A stretch of 63,946 nucleotides of DNA, filler included, from Octopus bimaculoides (lineage: Eukaryota), in the NCBI RefSeq assembly GCF_001194135.2. It is 6 parts of 6 records of this genome, joined end to end, with 100 filler letters (N's around TTAATTAATTAA, not from the genome) between each part and the next. Parts side by side here need not be neighbours in the genome. Positions count along the whole stretch, not along the records: positions 1 to 26,562 come from NC_068986.1; 5 more parts are not named here. One strand, written 5' to 3'. Position numbers and translations under genes: made by a program. Under the pieces are notes generated by a model, which saw nothing but the letters and a program-made list of their open reading frames with translations, was not told the DNA's origin and did no database searches. How positions within the stretch are numbered: the stretch's first letter is position 1; each line of letters begins with the position of its first letter. This document shows, one piece after another, positions 12,521 through 24,910 of this stretch.

Positions 12521-13899
12521 CGCTCTCTGTGCATGTATGTGTGCATGTGTGTATGTGTGTGTATATGTCAATATGTGCGTATATGTGCGTGTGCATATCT
12601 GTGTGTGTTTATGCGTATGTGTGTGTGAGTGCCTCATAACTCTTGCTATTATAAATAACCCTTGTTACCTCGTTTAGCTGAAACTGTGTTTTAGGAAGAA
12701 GTCAGCCACCTCTTCCTCGCGGAGAAGAGTTTACGATCCGGTTTCAATTCTCTGCTGCGTTATCTTCAGTTCATTTCTCTTCTTTATAATCGTAAATAAA
12801 TAATTAGCAACAACAATTACAAAAATCACAACAAGCAAAAGAATTACTATAGACATCATACAGTTTAACTTCGATGTTCTGCGTCTGTCTATGTTTGTAT
12901 ATCTGAATCCACAATGAAAGTCGATAACATTATTCACCCTCGGATGCTATTAGATATGAAATGAAACAATATAACACACACGCATGCACACACTCACATG
13001 CACACACACACACACACACCTACCTATACACACACATATACCTACCTACAAACACACACACATATATATATTAGGTAGGTATATATGTATATATACAAAT
13101 ATACATATGTGTGTATNNNNNNNNNNNNNNNNNNNNNNNNNNNNNNNNNNNNNNNNNNNNNNNNNNNNNNNNNNNNNNNNNNNNNNNNNNNNNNNNNNNN
13201 NNNNNNNNNNNNNNNNNNNNNNNNNNNNNNNNNNNNNNNNNNNNNNNNNNNNNNNNNNNNNNNNNNNNNNNNNNNNNNNNNNNNNNNNNNNNNNNNNNNN
13301 NNNNNNNNNNNNNNNNNNNNNNNNNNNNNNNNNNNNNNNNNNNNNNNNNNNNNNNNNNNNNNNNNNNNNNNNNNNNNNNNNNNNNNNNNNNNNNNNNNNN
13401 NNNNNNNNNNNNNNNNNNNNNNNNNNNNNNNNNNNNNNNNNNNNNNNNNNNNNNNNNNNNNNNNNNNNNNNNNNNNNNNNNNNNNNNNNNNNNNNNNNNN
13501 NNNNNNNNNNNNNNNNNNNNNNNNNNNNNNNNNNNNNNNNNNNNNNNNNNNNNNNNNNNNNNNNNNNNNNNNNNNNNNNNNNNNNNNNNNNNNNNNNNNN
13601 NNNNNNNNNNNNNNNNNNNNNNNNNNNNNNNNNNNNNNNNNNNNNNNNNNNNNNNNNNNNNNNNNNNNNNNNNNNNNNNNNNNNNNNNNNNNNNNNNNNN
13701 NNNNNNNNNNNNNNNNNNNNNNNNNNNNNNNNNNNNNNNNNNNNNNNNNNNNNNNNNNNNNNNNNNNNNNNNNNNNNNNNNNNNNNNNNNNNNNNNNNNN
13801 NNNNNNNNNNNNNNNNNNTATATATATGCACAATGTAACTTCGTGGACATCGGTGGCGATTTTTTCTTCTTCCGTTTTTCCCTTCTTTGGACTTTCCTT

Positions 13900-13934
13900 G
13901 TTTCCGACGAAGAGCTCTGCTCGAAACGTCATAC
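13900..13934 (+). ncRNA. Minimal type I hammerhead-like motif (U4C variant), probably Penelope-derived
   Basis: GTTT-CCGACGA-A-GAGC(tct)GCTC-GAA-ACGT-C-ATAC; GUC triplet, loopless palindromic ACGT helix III, helix I only 3/4 paired. Confidence 0.55.
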
Positions 13935-14848
13935 TCTCTCTCTTTCCCGAGCGTCTAGTAACACAATCTGTATCACGTCCTCACGTTGTTGTTTTTTGTT
14001 GTTGTTTTTTTGTCTTTTTCATTTTTTTAAAACCTATATATACATATATATATATATACATGTGTGTGTGTATCTATATATATACACACCCACACACACA
14101 GATATGTATACACGCTAGATACTACATAATACATGCATGCATGTGTGTGTGTGTGTGTGTACTTCAGATTTTATTAGACATCAGTATTAACCTTCGAAAT
14201 TTTCGATCTGCAATTTAATTATGCCACATGAAATTCAATATTTATTCCGCATTATGTGTTGCCATTCTATATACGTAAAGGCCAGACTCTTTTCTTCTGT
14301 ACATATCATCATTTAAATTTTTATCGATTCAAATTTCAGAGTTCTTTCCCTTATTTTCTTGCCAAGAATCGTCATTAATACTAATGCGTTGCTTTTCTTC
14401 TCATTACGAGAATATTTGGTAGAAATTCGCTGAGAAGTTCTAATAATTCGAAAAAATATCCAGAATTATTATTGTAAATTATCGAAGATCAGGCTCATTC
14501 CCTTGTATATGTCTCCATTAAATTTTTGATTAACTTAAATTTCGGAGTTGTCCCCCTTACCTTTATTGACAAGAATTCTCAAGAAGCCTAATGATTTTAT
14601 TTCTCTTTACAGGTGTAATTTCAATTTATTAAAAGTATCTTTTGACTAACTAAAAGTGATATGTTACCTCATGTACAACTGTAACATTACTAAAGAGTGG
14701 ATTTCTATATGGTTCCTCGACCTGCTAGAAATAAGAACGAAATCTTCCTCAACTCTTGCACTATTATACAAGGTTTTGATAATTTTAAGAATTAAGGGGC
14801 ACCGATGACTGAAGCAATTGGCTGGATAGACATAAGCGGTCTGTCCAG

Positions 14849-14917
<69 letters not shown>

Positions 14918-14989
14918 GCAACCATATGCGTATAATTTTGTACATAGATACTAACACTGGTACATGCATGAAAGAATGATACATTGATT

Positions 14990-15024
<35 letters not shown>

Positions 15025-15334
15025 NNNNNNNNNNNNNNNNNNNNNNNNNNNNNNNNNNNNNNNNNNNNNNNNNNNNNNNNNNNNNNNNNNNNNNNNNNNN
15101 NNNNNNNNNNNNNNNNNNNNNNNNNNNNNNNNNNNNNNNNNNNNNNNNNNNNNNNNNNNNNNNNNNNNNNNNNNNNNNNNNNNNNNNNNNNNNNNNNNNN
15201 NNNNNNNNNNNNNNNNNNNNNNNNNNNNNNNNNNNNNNNNNNNNNNNNNNNNNNNNNNNNNNNNNNNNNNNNNNNNNNNNNNNNNNNNNNNNNNNNNNNN
15301 NNNNNNNNNNNNNNNNNNNNNNNNNNNNNNNNNN

Positions 15335-15387
<53 letters not shown>

Positions 15388-15435
15388 GATAAAGAGGAGG
15401 AGGAGGAGGAAGAAGAAGAGGAAGAAAAAGAAGAG
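15335..15435. repeat. (ATG)n to (GAG)/(GAA) trinucleotide tract
   Basis: Direct inspection; source of the poly-Met/Arg/Lys ORF. Confidence 0.95.
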
Positions 15436-16109
15436 AATGGAGAAGGTGAGGATGTTCAATGATTTAAAAAAAAAAATTAATATTTGTCAAAAATTTATAT
15501 ACTTGGAAAAACAAAACAAAAACAAACAAAAAACACAATGGTATTACAGTGAGGATAAACAGACGGTTATAGAAATGGGAGTTAAGATCGTTCACACTGA
15601 ATGAAGGTTTTCCAATTTACATTCTTACCATACAATCATTTCATAATTCTTAATTTAGTAGTGATTGCCATTCAGCCTCAGGTCAGCTCTGACTGACATA
15701 CCTATGCCCAAAAGGACTGGATGGTTACAGCTGTTCTCACTTTTTTTCATAAGCTAATTAAATATGATATAATTATTTTTCTGTATTCATCTTTAATAAT
15801 TTAATTTTCTAATTAATTAAATTTTAGGCATTCAGACACCCTACATTCACAAACAGCTCTGTTTTGAAATTTCGTTTCCTCCATTAGCGTCGTGTGGTCG
15901 AATTAAGGAAATAAAAATACTCGAAAGACTTTATAGAAGTAGATGAGAATAATTAAAAAGACTGGTTAATTTCTTTTTTGTAAATAAAAATAAAAACACG
16001 CTTGGAAAATGTATGTAAAATTTGAAAATGCTTTTCGCTCACCCTTCCTTCTTTCCATCCATCCATTCATCCATTCATTTTTGTCTCCACTATTCCTAAG
16101 AGTATCGTG

Positions 16110-16420
16110 GGGGTAAAGTCCTCAAGCGCTTCCCTCATAATGTTCCATGTCAGAAGTCACCGTCATTACACTTTACAGCGGGTTTCTCCAGCTTGGTCAG
16201 CTATAGATACTAATCAACTATATCGGTCTTGGTCTACGCTTAACTCTTCCGCCGGTTGGTCCGGCTTGAAGAATCTGTAAGGTGATTTTTTTCTCCGAAG
16301 CAGCCTAACTACATATCCATAGTACCGACGCCATGGCGGTACTACGGACCGATGCTGTGACCTCTCAACTCGAAGTAGCAGCTCGATCTGGAGAGATTCC
16401 TAATCTTCAAGCTATACATC
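16110..16420 (-). pseudogene. Possible decayed RTE-clade LINE 3' ORF fragment
   Basis: Minus-strand RRYYGYVVRL and, after a frame change, GRVKRRPRP resemble RTE C-terminal 'RW.GHV.R...GRP' motifs; many stops. Confidence 0.4.
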
Positions 16421-16422
16421 CT

Positions 16423-16654
16423 ATTTCGTTATTGCCCACAAGGGGCTAAACATAGAGGGAACAAACAAGAACAGACGAACGGATTAAGTCGATTACATCG
16501 ACCCCAGTGCGTAACTGGTACTTAATTTATCGACCCCGAAAGGATGAAAGGCAAAGTCGACCTCGGCGGAATTTGAACTCAGAACGTAACGGCAGACGAA
16601 ATACCGCTAAGCATTTCGCCCGGCATGCTAACGATTCTGCCAGCTCGGCGCCTT
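16423..16654 (-). mobile_element. SINE family B, full length, 17-bp TSD
   Basis: Near-consensus copy; TTCAAGCTATACATCCT at 16406-16422 and 16655-16671. Confidence 0.95.
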
Positions 16655-16767
16655 TTCAAGCTATACATCCTGCCGGGTTAAAGTAAGTCAGAGTATCCTA
16701 CAATTTTCTGAGAGTGTTCTTTCTTTTTGTCTTTTCTTTGAATTTGCGCAATGTATACTTTTTCTGT

Positions 16768-17080
16768 AGTGAAGGCTCGTGACTTAGTGGCCAGGGTATT
16801 CGGTTCACGATCGTAAGGGCGCGAGTTCGATTTTCGCTGGCGCGTTGTGTCTTTCAGTAGGACACTTTATTTCCCGTTGCTCCAGTCCACTCAGCTGGCA
16901 AAAATGGGTTGTACCTGAATTTCAAATGGTCAGTTTTATCACACTCTGTGTCACGCCGAATCTCCCTCAGGACTACGTTAAGGGCACACATGTCTGTGAA
17001 GTGCTCGGCCACTTGCACATCAATTTCACGAGCAAGCGATTCCGTTGATCAGATCAACTCGTCGTAACCAACGGAGTGCC
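16768..17080 (+). mobile_element. SINE related to family C (different head and middle, shared 3' domain)
   Basis: B-box GAGTTCGATT; 3' CTACGTTAAGGGCACACATGTCTGTGAAGTGCTCGGCCACTTGCAC shared with family C. Confidence 0.8.
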
Positions 17081-17394
17081 ATACTTTCACTGTCAAATTC
17101 ATCAAACTTAATGCAGACCGTCTTTTTCAACAATATGCTGTTACAGGGAATACGGGGTAGATATTTCAACCTGAGTTATATTCGTGTCGTGTGGTTGGAA
17201 TGGGAGGGTCGGTAGCGCGCTTGTCTATTTGTGCTAAATTCTTGTCACTTCTGTTTTCGAAGAACCCACTCGCATTATCCCGCAAGCTATGAAATGGTGT
17301 TTATCCTAATATTAAAATATTTAATCTTATCGCCTCTTTCTTCTCCAAACTGTATCACACCTTTTAGAAAGGTTTTCAAATTATGAACTACATA

Positions 17395-17888
17395 GGCACT
17401 GAGTTGGCTGTGTGGTTAAAAAGCCCGCTTTACAACCTAGTGGATCAGTCCCACTGTGCGACATCTTAGGCAAGTGTCTTTTACTATAGCTTCGGGCCGA
17501 TTAATGAACGCCTTGAGAGTAAGTTTGGTAGACGGAAATTATGCCGGAGTCTATCGAGTGTGTGTGTGTATGTGTGTGTGTAAACACACACAAACACATA
17601 TACATACATACACATATATTTTTATGTATATATGTATATATTGTGTGTGTGTGTGTGTGTGTGTGCGTGTGTGTGCGTGCGTGCGTGTGCGTGCGTGTGT
17701 GAGTGTGTATTCACGCCTAGTTTAGTCACCTATCTCCACCGCATGACTACCTGTGTTGATATGTGTACGTCCTTTAGCTTAGCCTTTCGGCAAAAGCGAC
17801 TGAAAAAAAGTATTAGTATCGATAAATCCCCTCAAGGTGGTGTTCCAGCATGACCGCAGTCCAATGACTGAAACAAATAAATGATAAA
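17395..17888 (+). mobile_element. SINE family A, degenerate full length with expanded (GT)/(CA) core
   Basis: Head TTGGCTGTGTGG, GGCAAGTGTCTTTTACTATAGC, 3' CCAGCATGACCGCAGTCCAATGACTGAAAC. Confidence 0.85.
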
Positions 17889-18827
17889 ACTTTAAAAGAA
17901 CATTCAATGAAGTCACGTGTTTCTTCAATTGTCTTTTGCTTTTTTAAAATTATATTGTTACAAAGATTATGCTGTCTGTTGGCTTTGCATAATCAACTTG
18001 TAACTCTTCGTTGTGGATTACTTCCTATTAATCTCAGTATCAAGGAAAATTTTAAAAAGTGCTTGCATATTCAAATTGATCTAATTAAGAAGTCTTTCGA
18101 ATTATTTTTTGACAAGAATTCTATCATTTTCGATTGAAAATCTTTCAGTTGTGAGACTTTCATGAAATTTTTAGGTTTCCTTAAAATGTTCAATGAAAAA
18201 CATAGTACTTTGAAATTGAAAGTATTATTACTTTGGACCTATTCGTTATTTAATCAGTAAGTTAAAGAAAGGCAGCATTAACAGTAAGAACGCAGTAAGA
18301 ACGCGAGCAGGAAATATTTTTTACAAAAAATCTGTTTTGTAAACTAAATGTGTTTGAACTGAGGTGAGTGAAACAGTAGAAATGAAAAGAGGAGAGCTGG
18401 TTGCAATGATCAGTTAGGCTGTAGGTGGTTTACCCTAGCTTTTTATGACTAACAAAAATCAAATGTAATAGAACTAGAAGTGGAGAAAAGAAATAACATT
18501 TTTTCGTGCTGGCTGTTCGCGTTGATGAATAATCACTCACCAACGAAATGCACAATTTTCTCTTGGATATATTCTAAAAGGTTTTGCAGCACCGTCATGC
18601 GAAAAATACTTGAATGTTGGCCCCATCAAGTGAACAGGACTGAATTATTTTCTCTACCTGAAAAGGAATCTTACAGTTCTTGCTTTTCTGTATACGTAAT
18701 ATTGCAACGTGAAATTGACAGGCGGAGGTCTAGTATTTGTAGTGAGTCTGAGNNNNNNNNNNNNNNNNNNNNNNNNNNNNNNNNNNNNNNNNNNNNNNNN
18801 NNNNNNNNNNNNNNNNNNNNNNNNNNT

Positions 18828-18967
18828 AACTGGTACTTATTTAATCGATCGCTAATGGATGAGAGGCAAAGTCGACCTCGAAGGAATTTGAACTCAGAAC
18901 GTAGTGACGGGCGAAATACCGCTAAGCATTTCGCTCGGCGTGCTAACGATTCTGCCAGTTTGCCTTC
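18828..18967 (-). mobile_element. SINE family B (3' part in gap), flanked by a 64-bp duplication
   Basis: Family B motifs; duplicated flank at 18689-18752 and 18969-19032. Confidence 0.88.
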
Positions 18968-20554
18968 ATGTATACGTAACATTGCAACGTGAAATTGACA
19001 GGCGGAGGTCTAGTATTTGTAGTGAGTCTGAGGATTTTATTGCTTGCTGTTCATGCTAAGGGACGGTGAAGTATAAGATTATTTCTGTTATATGTGTAGC
19101 GATGAATGTAATATAAAATTTGCAGTCTGCAAGCAGAAGGAACATTCATCAATTTAATAGTGATGTCTATGCTCACAACGAAATGATGAAGTTACAAGAT
19201 TGAGGGAGTCCTTTGAGAAAGAAATATGTCTTCTTTGTTGTTGTAGTCGTCATCATCGCCGTCACCACCATCATCCCGTTTTGCCGCCGTCTTTGCCGCC
19301 ATCTTTGCCGCTGTCTTTGCCACCATCACCGTCGCTGATGTAGCTGCTGCTATTATAGTTCTTTTGTTGATCCCCAGGTCGGCTTTGAGCGAGCAAACCT
19401 ATTTTGAAAGGCTTTCCAGATCCATGACTATCCTGTCTTATTTCTAGACTACTTTTAGGTCACAGCAAAGTGAGATTTTAAAGAAATTTGGCTGTTATTT
19501 CTAGAAAGTAGAGCAACTACAGAAAGCCATTTTCTCCACCAAGAAAGGCTTTGTATGATGGTTGCTCAGTCTGCTAACATAGGTTGTGTTTAATGTCTTA
19601 GGCAGAACACGTGACAGGATACAAATTCTCGAACTCTCGGTTGCTTGGTTCCTTACTGTGTACCATCGGCCATCCAAACTCACCACAGAAATATCGATAA
19701 ACTAATCTATGGATAGATTACACTTAAATCTCAGCGAAACATCTTCTAATTACTTGTAGAGAAATCAATAATTAAATAAAGAGATAAATATATAAATAAA
19801 TACTTCCCACAACGACTGACTCATCAATATTCAATCACAAATCTCTTGAAATATAGTTTTGATCGATTAGTCATCAAAATAAAAGTTGATTTCGTTTTTG
19901 TGTATTATAAAGTAACAACAACACTTAACAATAGTAATGTTAATAGTAATAGAAACAACGACGACGAAGATAGCGGCGGCGACGACGACGACGATGATGA
20001 TGATGATGATGATGATGATGATAATGATGATTTCTTTTTATTTGCAATAAGAGTGGCGGGAGTTGGAACATTACAGGAACAGTTTTTAAAAACGGAGTGT
20101 TTTACGCAGAATCGATTACGGAAAAAATAAATAAATAAATAATAAATAAATAATTTTAAAAATAAAAATGAAGGCGTGAAAATCGACTGCAAAATAGCAA
20201 CTTTTGTGGGTAGGCTCATTGAGGCGAGCTATGCTTGCCGTTCGCAACAAAATTTTCTGACAGCATCTCATAGTTATTTACTACTCGTACAATGTGGCCG
20301 GTGGTACGTCAACTACCGAAATCTGAAAATGACATTTTAGAAGACCAAAAAGAAAAGAAAAAAAATGAGGCTACCAAAAGAGTTAACAGAGGAACAACTA
20401 GCCACCACGCCCCCGACATATTATGGAATAAAACGGAACACATTAGCAGAAAAATAAAGCGCTCAAATAGGTAATCATAACAAACTGATAGAGCGATGAA
20501 AACTCGCATCTCAACATTGAGGAACAGCAACACAAATATTCCTTTTTTAAAGAT

Positions 20555-20750
20555 AGATACAAGACCTGAAGTTTGGCAGGATGAATTAAGTCGATACAAT
20601 CGACCACAGTATTTTACTAGTATTTTATTTTGTCGAAGCGTGAAGGATGACAGGCAAAGCTAACCACGACGAGATTTAAACTCAGAATATATAAAATATA
20701 TAAAATCAGAACGAACGCTGCAAAGTCTGACGCCCTAAAGATTCTTCCAG
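20555..20750 (-). mobile_element. Degenerate SINE family B
   Basis: GAAGGATGACAGGCAAAGCTAACCACGACGAGATTTAAACTCAGAA remnant. Confidence 0.65.
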
Positions 20751-20909
20751 GAAGGTTTTCTTTTATACTACGAAGGTGATAGACAAGTGGATATTACAAG
20801 GGCAGGTTACATAAAGTGTACTGGAGGTTAACTCTGGAATCGAATGAAAAGAAATAGAAAGTAATACGCAGTATAAACTGCAATACAGAACAGGTAGAGT
20901 AGAGCCATC

Positions 20910-21670
20910 ACCTAAAACCAGTCAAGGAACTCCACAGATGTCGGGTGCTTTCTGAGAGTAGGCTCATTCAGTTGGATCCTACTTATCACTTTCACCCATC
21001 TTCCATTAAAGTTATTGGAGACCAGTACCTGCCTCTTTATCCTCATCTGCTCTCTCTGTGGCACACGAAAAAACCGATGAGAGCTTAGTCGAAATGGAAT
21101 GCATCTGTCCTCATTCCTCTCAGTCGTGTCCACAATCTCTTCCGCCAAAGCTACCAGAAAGGAAAACTATCATTCCCTCCCGATCAAAAGAAGTCAACAG
21201 AACGATCTACAAGATGGGCTCACTCGATAGCTAGATTCATCCCACACATGACAATCGCTGTTGGATATAACTCTACATGTCAACAATACTAGGACATTGT
21301 ACGAATGCGCGCAGTACGGCTTCATCACTCTGCATACATCTTGGTCAGGCTTGGATCACGGCTCTTCAGTGTATATAATTTGAACCGACAATGCCCTTGG
21401 CTGAATCTCTTCTGAAAGAGACCAGCCTATTGATTCTCGTGGACAACAATATTCTCATTAGTCATCTACTGAATGCTAAATTGTAAGTTCCATCTATCCC
21501 ATTTCCAGACTTGTGGAGAGCTGCGAGTGTCTGACAACATCCTTGATGCCAGGCCATTGGTCTTTGTCTTGACCCAGGGCAACAGTTGCATCAAAGAAAC
21601 GAGTTGTGAGAAACCTACCTCGCTGTCAGGGGATCTAACTTGGTCAGTCTCAATGGCTGACTGCTCATCA
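20910..21670 (-). pseudogene. Decayed L1/Tx1-type LINE ORF2 C-terminus (CCHC zinc-knuckle region)
   Basis: Manual translation at ~21346-21245 gives *PRCMQSDEAVLRAFVQCPSIVDM*SYIQQRLSCVG (decayed C..C......E...H....CP motif), followed by RIKRQVLVSNNFNGRWVKVISRIQLNEPTL; frameshifts and stops. Confidence 0.75.
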
Positions 21671-22129
21671 TAAATTTCATGTAAAAGTCGCTACTGCTGC
21701 TGTTGTCATTAATGCAGTCGCTGACTTCAAGATAACTTATTTGAGTATATAGGACATGTTTTTTTTTTTATTAATTGTTCACTAAAAGTGTTCATTTTCT
21801 TTTCCCTCTTGAAAATTATTTGTGTGCTTTGATTTTGTGTTGTTTTCCTTTTCTTTCCATTGCACTGTTTAGTCTTGTATAAAAATAATGTATGATAGCC
21901 ATTTTGGATGCGAAAATGTAACAAGAGTAAATAAAATTTTAAAAGCTTTTGAATAAAGCCTTTTTATCTTCTATCAATTTCATGCATCGGAACAGTCCTT
22001 TTTAAGACAATTATTATAATTTTTACAAATACTCCAGTGGAAATTTGATTTGGTAATACTTAAATAGATTGTTTTTCAAAAGGTGAAAGAAAAATACGTC
22101 TTTACACAATGAGAGGCAAATATAATCTT

Positions 22130-22255
22130 TTCTACTAGAGGCACAAGGTGTGAAATTATATGGAGACTAATCGAATACATCGACTCCTGTCTTTGCCAGG
22201 TACTTATTTCATCGGCCCGAAAGAATGGAAGGCAAAACCGACATCGTCGGAATAA
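22130..22255 (-). mobile_element. Degenerate SINE family B
   Basis: GGTACTTATTTCATCGGCCCGAAAGAATGGAAGGCAAAACCGAC. Confidence 0.65.
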
Positions 22256-22849
22256 CGAGAAGCAAATACAATATAATCTTATAATAATTCTGCTTGTTCC
22301 TCTGTTACTTAGCCCGTCCGTAACACTACCACGTGATTAGTTGAAGGGGGGGGGGAGAGGTTGTGGTGAGTAAAATGTGTAATTTTTTAAACTAAGTTTT
22401 TTCCTCCGTTACTTAGCCTATCTGTAACGCTTTCACGTAATTAGTTAAAGGAACAGGCGAAGAGCGAAAGAGAAAGGAGAGAGAAAAAGAGGGTCAGGTG
22501 AAGGGTGAGAGAGAAAGAGGGAGAGTATTATGTATTAAGTCTACAAAATTGTGCATAAAGTATATAAAATGTATATATAAAGTGTATTAAGTTACTATCG
22601 TATTCCAATTTCCTTCACTTTTCAATGATTAGCAGATGAGCGACTATCTTCTGATACAGACGCAACACAGGCTCCGCTTTAAGGTCTTTTTTTGATAAAA
22701 TTTTCAGAAATACTCCAGTAAGTTTACCATTAGTTCCGTGAAATATTCACAGGTCCCGCTAGTAATGATAATTCTTCCTAATTTTAGCACAAAACCAGAA
22801 ATTTTCTTTCTGGTGTAGGGATGGGAGAGTGTTTGATGATACCATTGGC

Positions 22850-22986
22850 CCCAGTACTTGGTTGGTTCTTTATTTTATTGACCCTAAAAAGAGGAAAAGG
22901 AAAGCTAATCTCGGTCGGATTTGAACTGTGAATGAAGAGAGCTGGAACAAATACTGCAAGGCGTCTTCTCCGACGATTCTGCCAAG
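22850..22986 (-). mobile_element. Degenerate SINE family B
   Basis: CTCGGTCGGATTTGAACTG...CGATTCTGCCA. Confidence 0.65.
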
Positions 22987-23010
22987 ACACACTGACTTGA
23001 TGATAATAAT

Positions 23011-23370
23011 AACAAGAGTACTTAGAGAGTGCAAACCTCCCCCCAAGGCAATATCAACCTCCTCTCAACGATTATCCAGAAATGATTTTTGAAATGAGAA
23101 TATCTGAAATAAACTCGACTGCTCTCACTAACGAGATTGCTGAAAATGAACCCAACTGCTCTCAAAAATTAAGTACAAGAAAATAGGAACCCTTGCCTGT
23201 ACGAGATCGATCCCAAAATCTAATCAGTTCGTGCCAGTCACGAGGCCAAACATCTCTGAAATTTTCATCCGAATCTATCCAGCGGTTCTTGAGATATCTT
23301 GTCCACAGACAAACAAACAAACAAACGCGACTGAAAACGATGCCTCCGCCTTAACGAAGGCGGAGGTTAT
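23011..23370 (+). mobile_element. Helentron-associated non-autonomous element (DINE-1/HINE-like)
   Basis: 5' AACAAGAGTACTTAGAGAGTGCAAACCTCCCCCCAAGG; (ACAA)n near the 3' end; terminal hairpin CCTCCGCCTT-aacg-AAGGCGGAGG (23343-23366) whose right arm is partly complementary to the 5' subterminal ACCTCC. Confidence 0.75.
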
Positions 23371-23374
23371 AATG

Positions 23375-23535
23375 GCTTCTAATCTAAACATAAGGTCAGC
23401 AATTTTTTAGAGGAGCGTGTTAGTTAATTATATCGACACTCGTACTTGACTCGTACTTTATAATAAAAAACAACGAAAAGATGAAAGGCGAAGTTAACTT
23501 CGGTGAGATTTGATCCCAGAATGTAAAGATTTGCA
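23375..23535 (-). mobile_element. Degenerate SINE family B
   Basis: AAGATGAAAGGCGAAGTTAACTTCGGTGAGATTTGATCCCAGAA. Confidence 0.65.
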
Positions 23536-23929
23536 ANNNNNNNNNNNNNNNNNNNNNNNNNNNNNNNNNNNNNNNNNNNNNNNNNNNNNNNNNNNNNNNN
23601 NNNNNNNNNNNNNNNNNNNNNNNNNNNNNNNNNNNNNNNNNNNNNNNNNNNNNNNNNNNNNNNNNNNNNNNNNNNNNNNNNNNNNNNAAAAAATCACAAA
23701 CGGAAAAATAATTCACCAAACAGTTTTAGAATTTGATGTAAAGTGTCATTTTTGGCCAGCTGACGTCTACCATTAGCATTCCAGTCGTAGCAGTAAATTG
23801 GTACAGACTGGAAATCTTTCACTCAGAAAACGCTGCATCTAGAAAATATTCCAATTTATTTATTTATCCATTCATTTATACATTTTTAAACTTTTTATTT
23901 TGCTATTTTGTTTCAGTTGTGAGATCTTA

Positions 23930-24109
23930 TTCATTTTTGTTGGTATGTTTTTCTTGTTTTTTGTTTTGTTTTTGTTTCTTTTCATCACCGTCTGATGACA
24001 GTTGTTTGGTGTGATGGAATAATTTTAGCGAGAAAGCGGAAGTAGACCCCAGGAGAATAAGAATGAGAAACGTCACACAGACATCTGTGTTCGTACGTAC
24101 GTACGTACA

Positions 24110-24140
<31 letters not shown>

Positions 24141-24314
24141 GTATGTATAATACAGGCAAACACACGCGCACTTACACAAACATACACGCACACACATACA
24201 CATACACACATACACATGCATGAGGGGAGTGTACATATGTATGTATAGCATTCTCATACGCATATAGTTTATACGTAAGTTCTTACGTAAATGCATGCAT
24301 ACGTACATAAATGC

Positions 24315-24345
<31 letters not shown>

Positions 24346-24540
24346 CTACACAAATTTATTTGCGTACAAACACACACACACACGCACACACACACACAAA
24401 CACACACACACACAACACACACACATATATGTACGTATGTATGTGTAAATATATATATATGCATACTTACGTATAACATGTATGGTTACATACATACATA
24501 CATGCATACAGACAGATTGGCAGACAGACAGATCGGCAGG

Positions 24541-24572
<32 letters not shown>

Positions 24573-24910
24573 TGAATATAGAAGCAGATGGATACACCGA
24601 TAAATTTATGTATTCACACGTACATACATATATACATAGATATGCACATACATACATACATACATACATACATACATACATACATGCATACATACATACA
24701 TACACAAACATGCACACACATATATATACATACAAGCATATATACACATACACATACACACACATATATATATATACATACAAGCATATATACACACATT
24801 CTTATATACATGCATACTTACATGCATACGTAGACACACACATATGTATACACATATGCATACATTGCATAAATTCTTACATACATATATAAATGCATGC
24901 ATACATACAA
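23930..24910. repeat. Compound (CA)/(TA)/(TACA)/(CAGA) microsatellite field
   Basis: Direct inspection; source of many HT/YI/CV-rich pseudo-ORFs. Confidence 0.95.

Noticed and set aside
18500-18665. Minus-strand exon-like segment (TTTTCAG|...TTG|GTGAGT)
   Set aside because: All three frames from the best acceptor contain stops; no supporting neighbouring exon.
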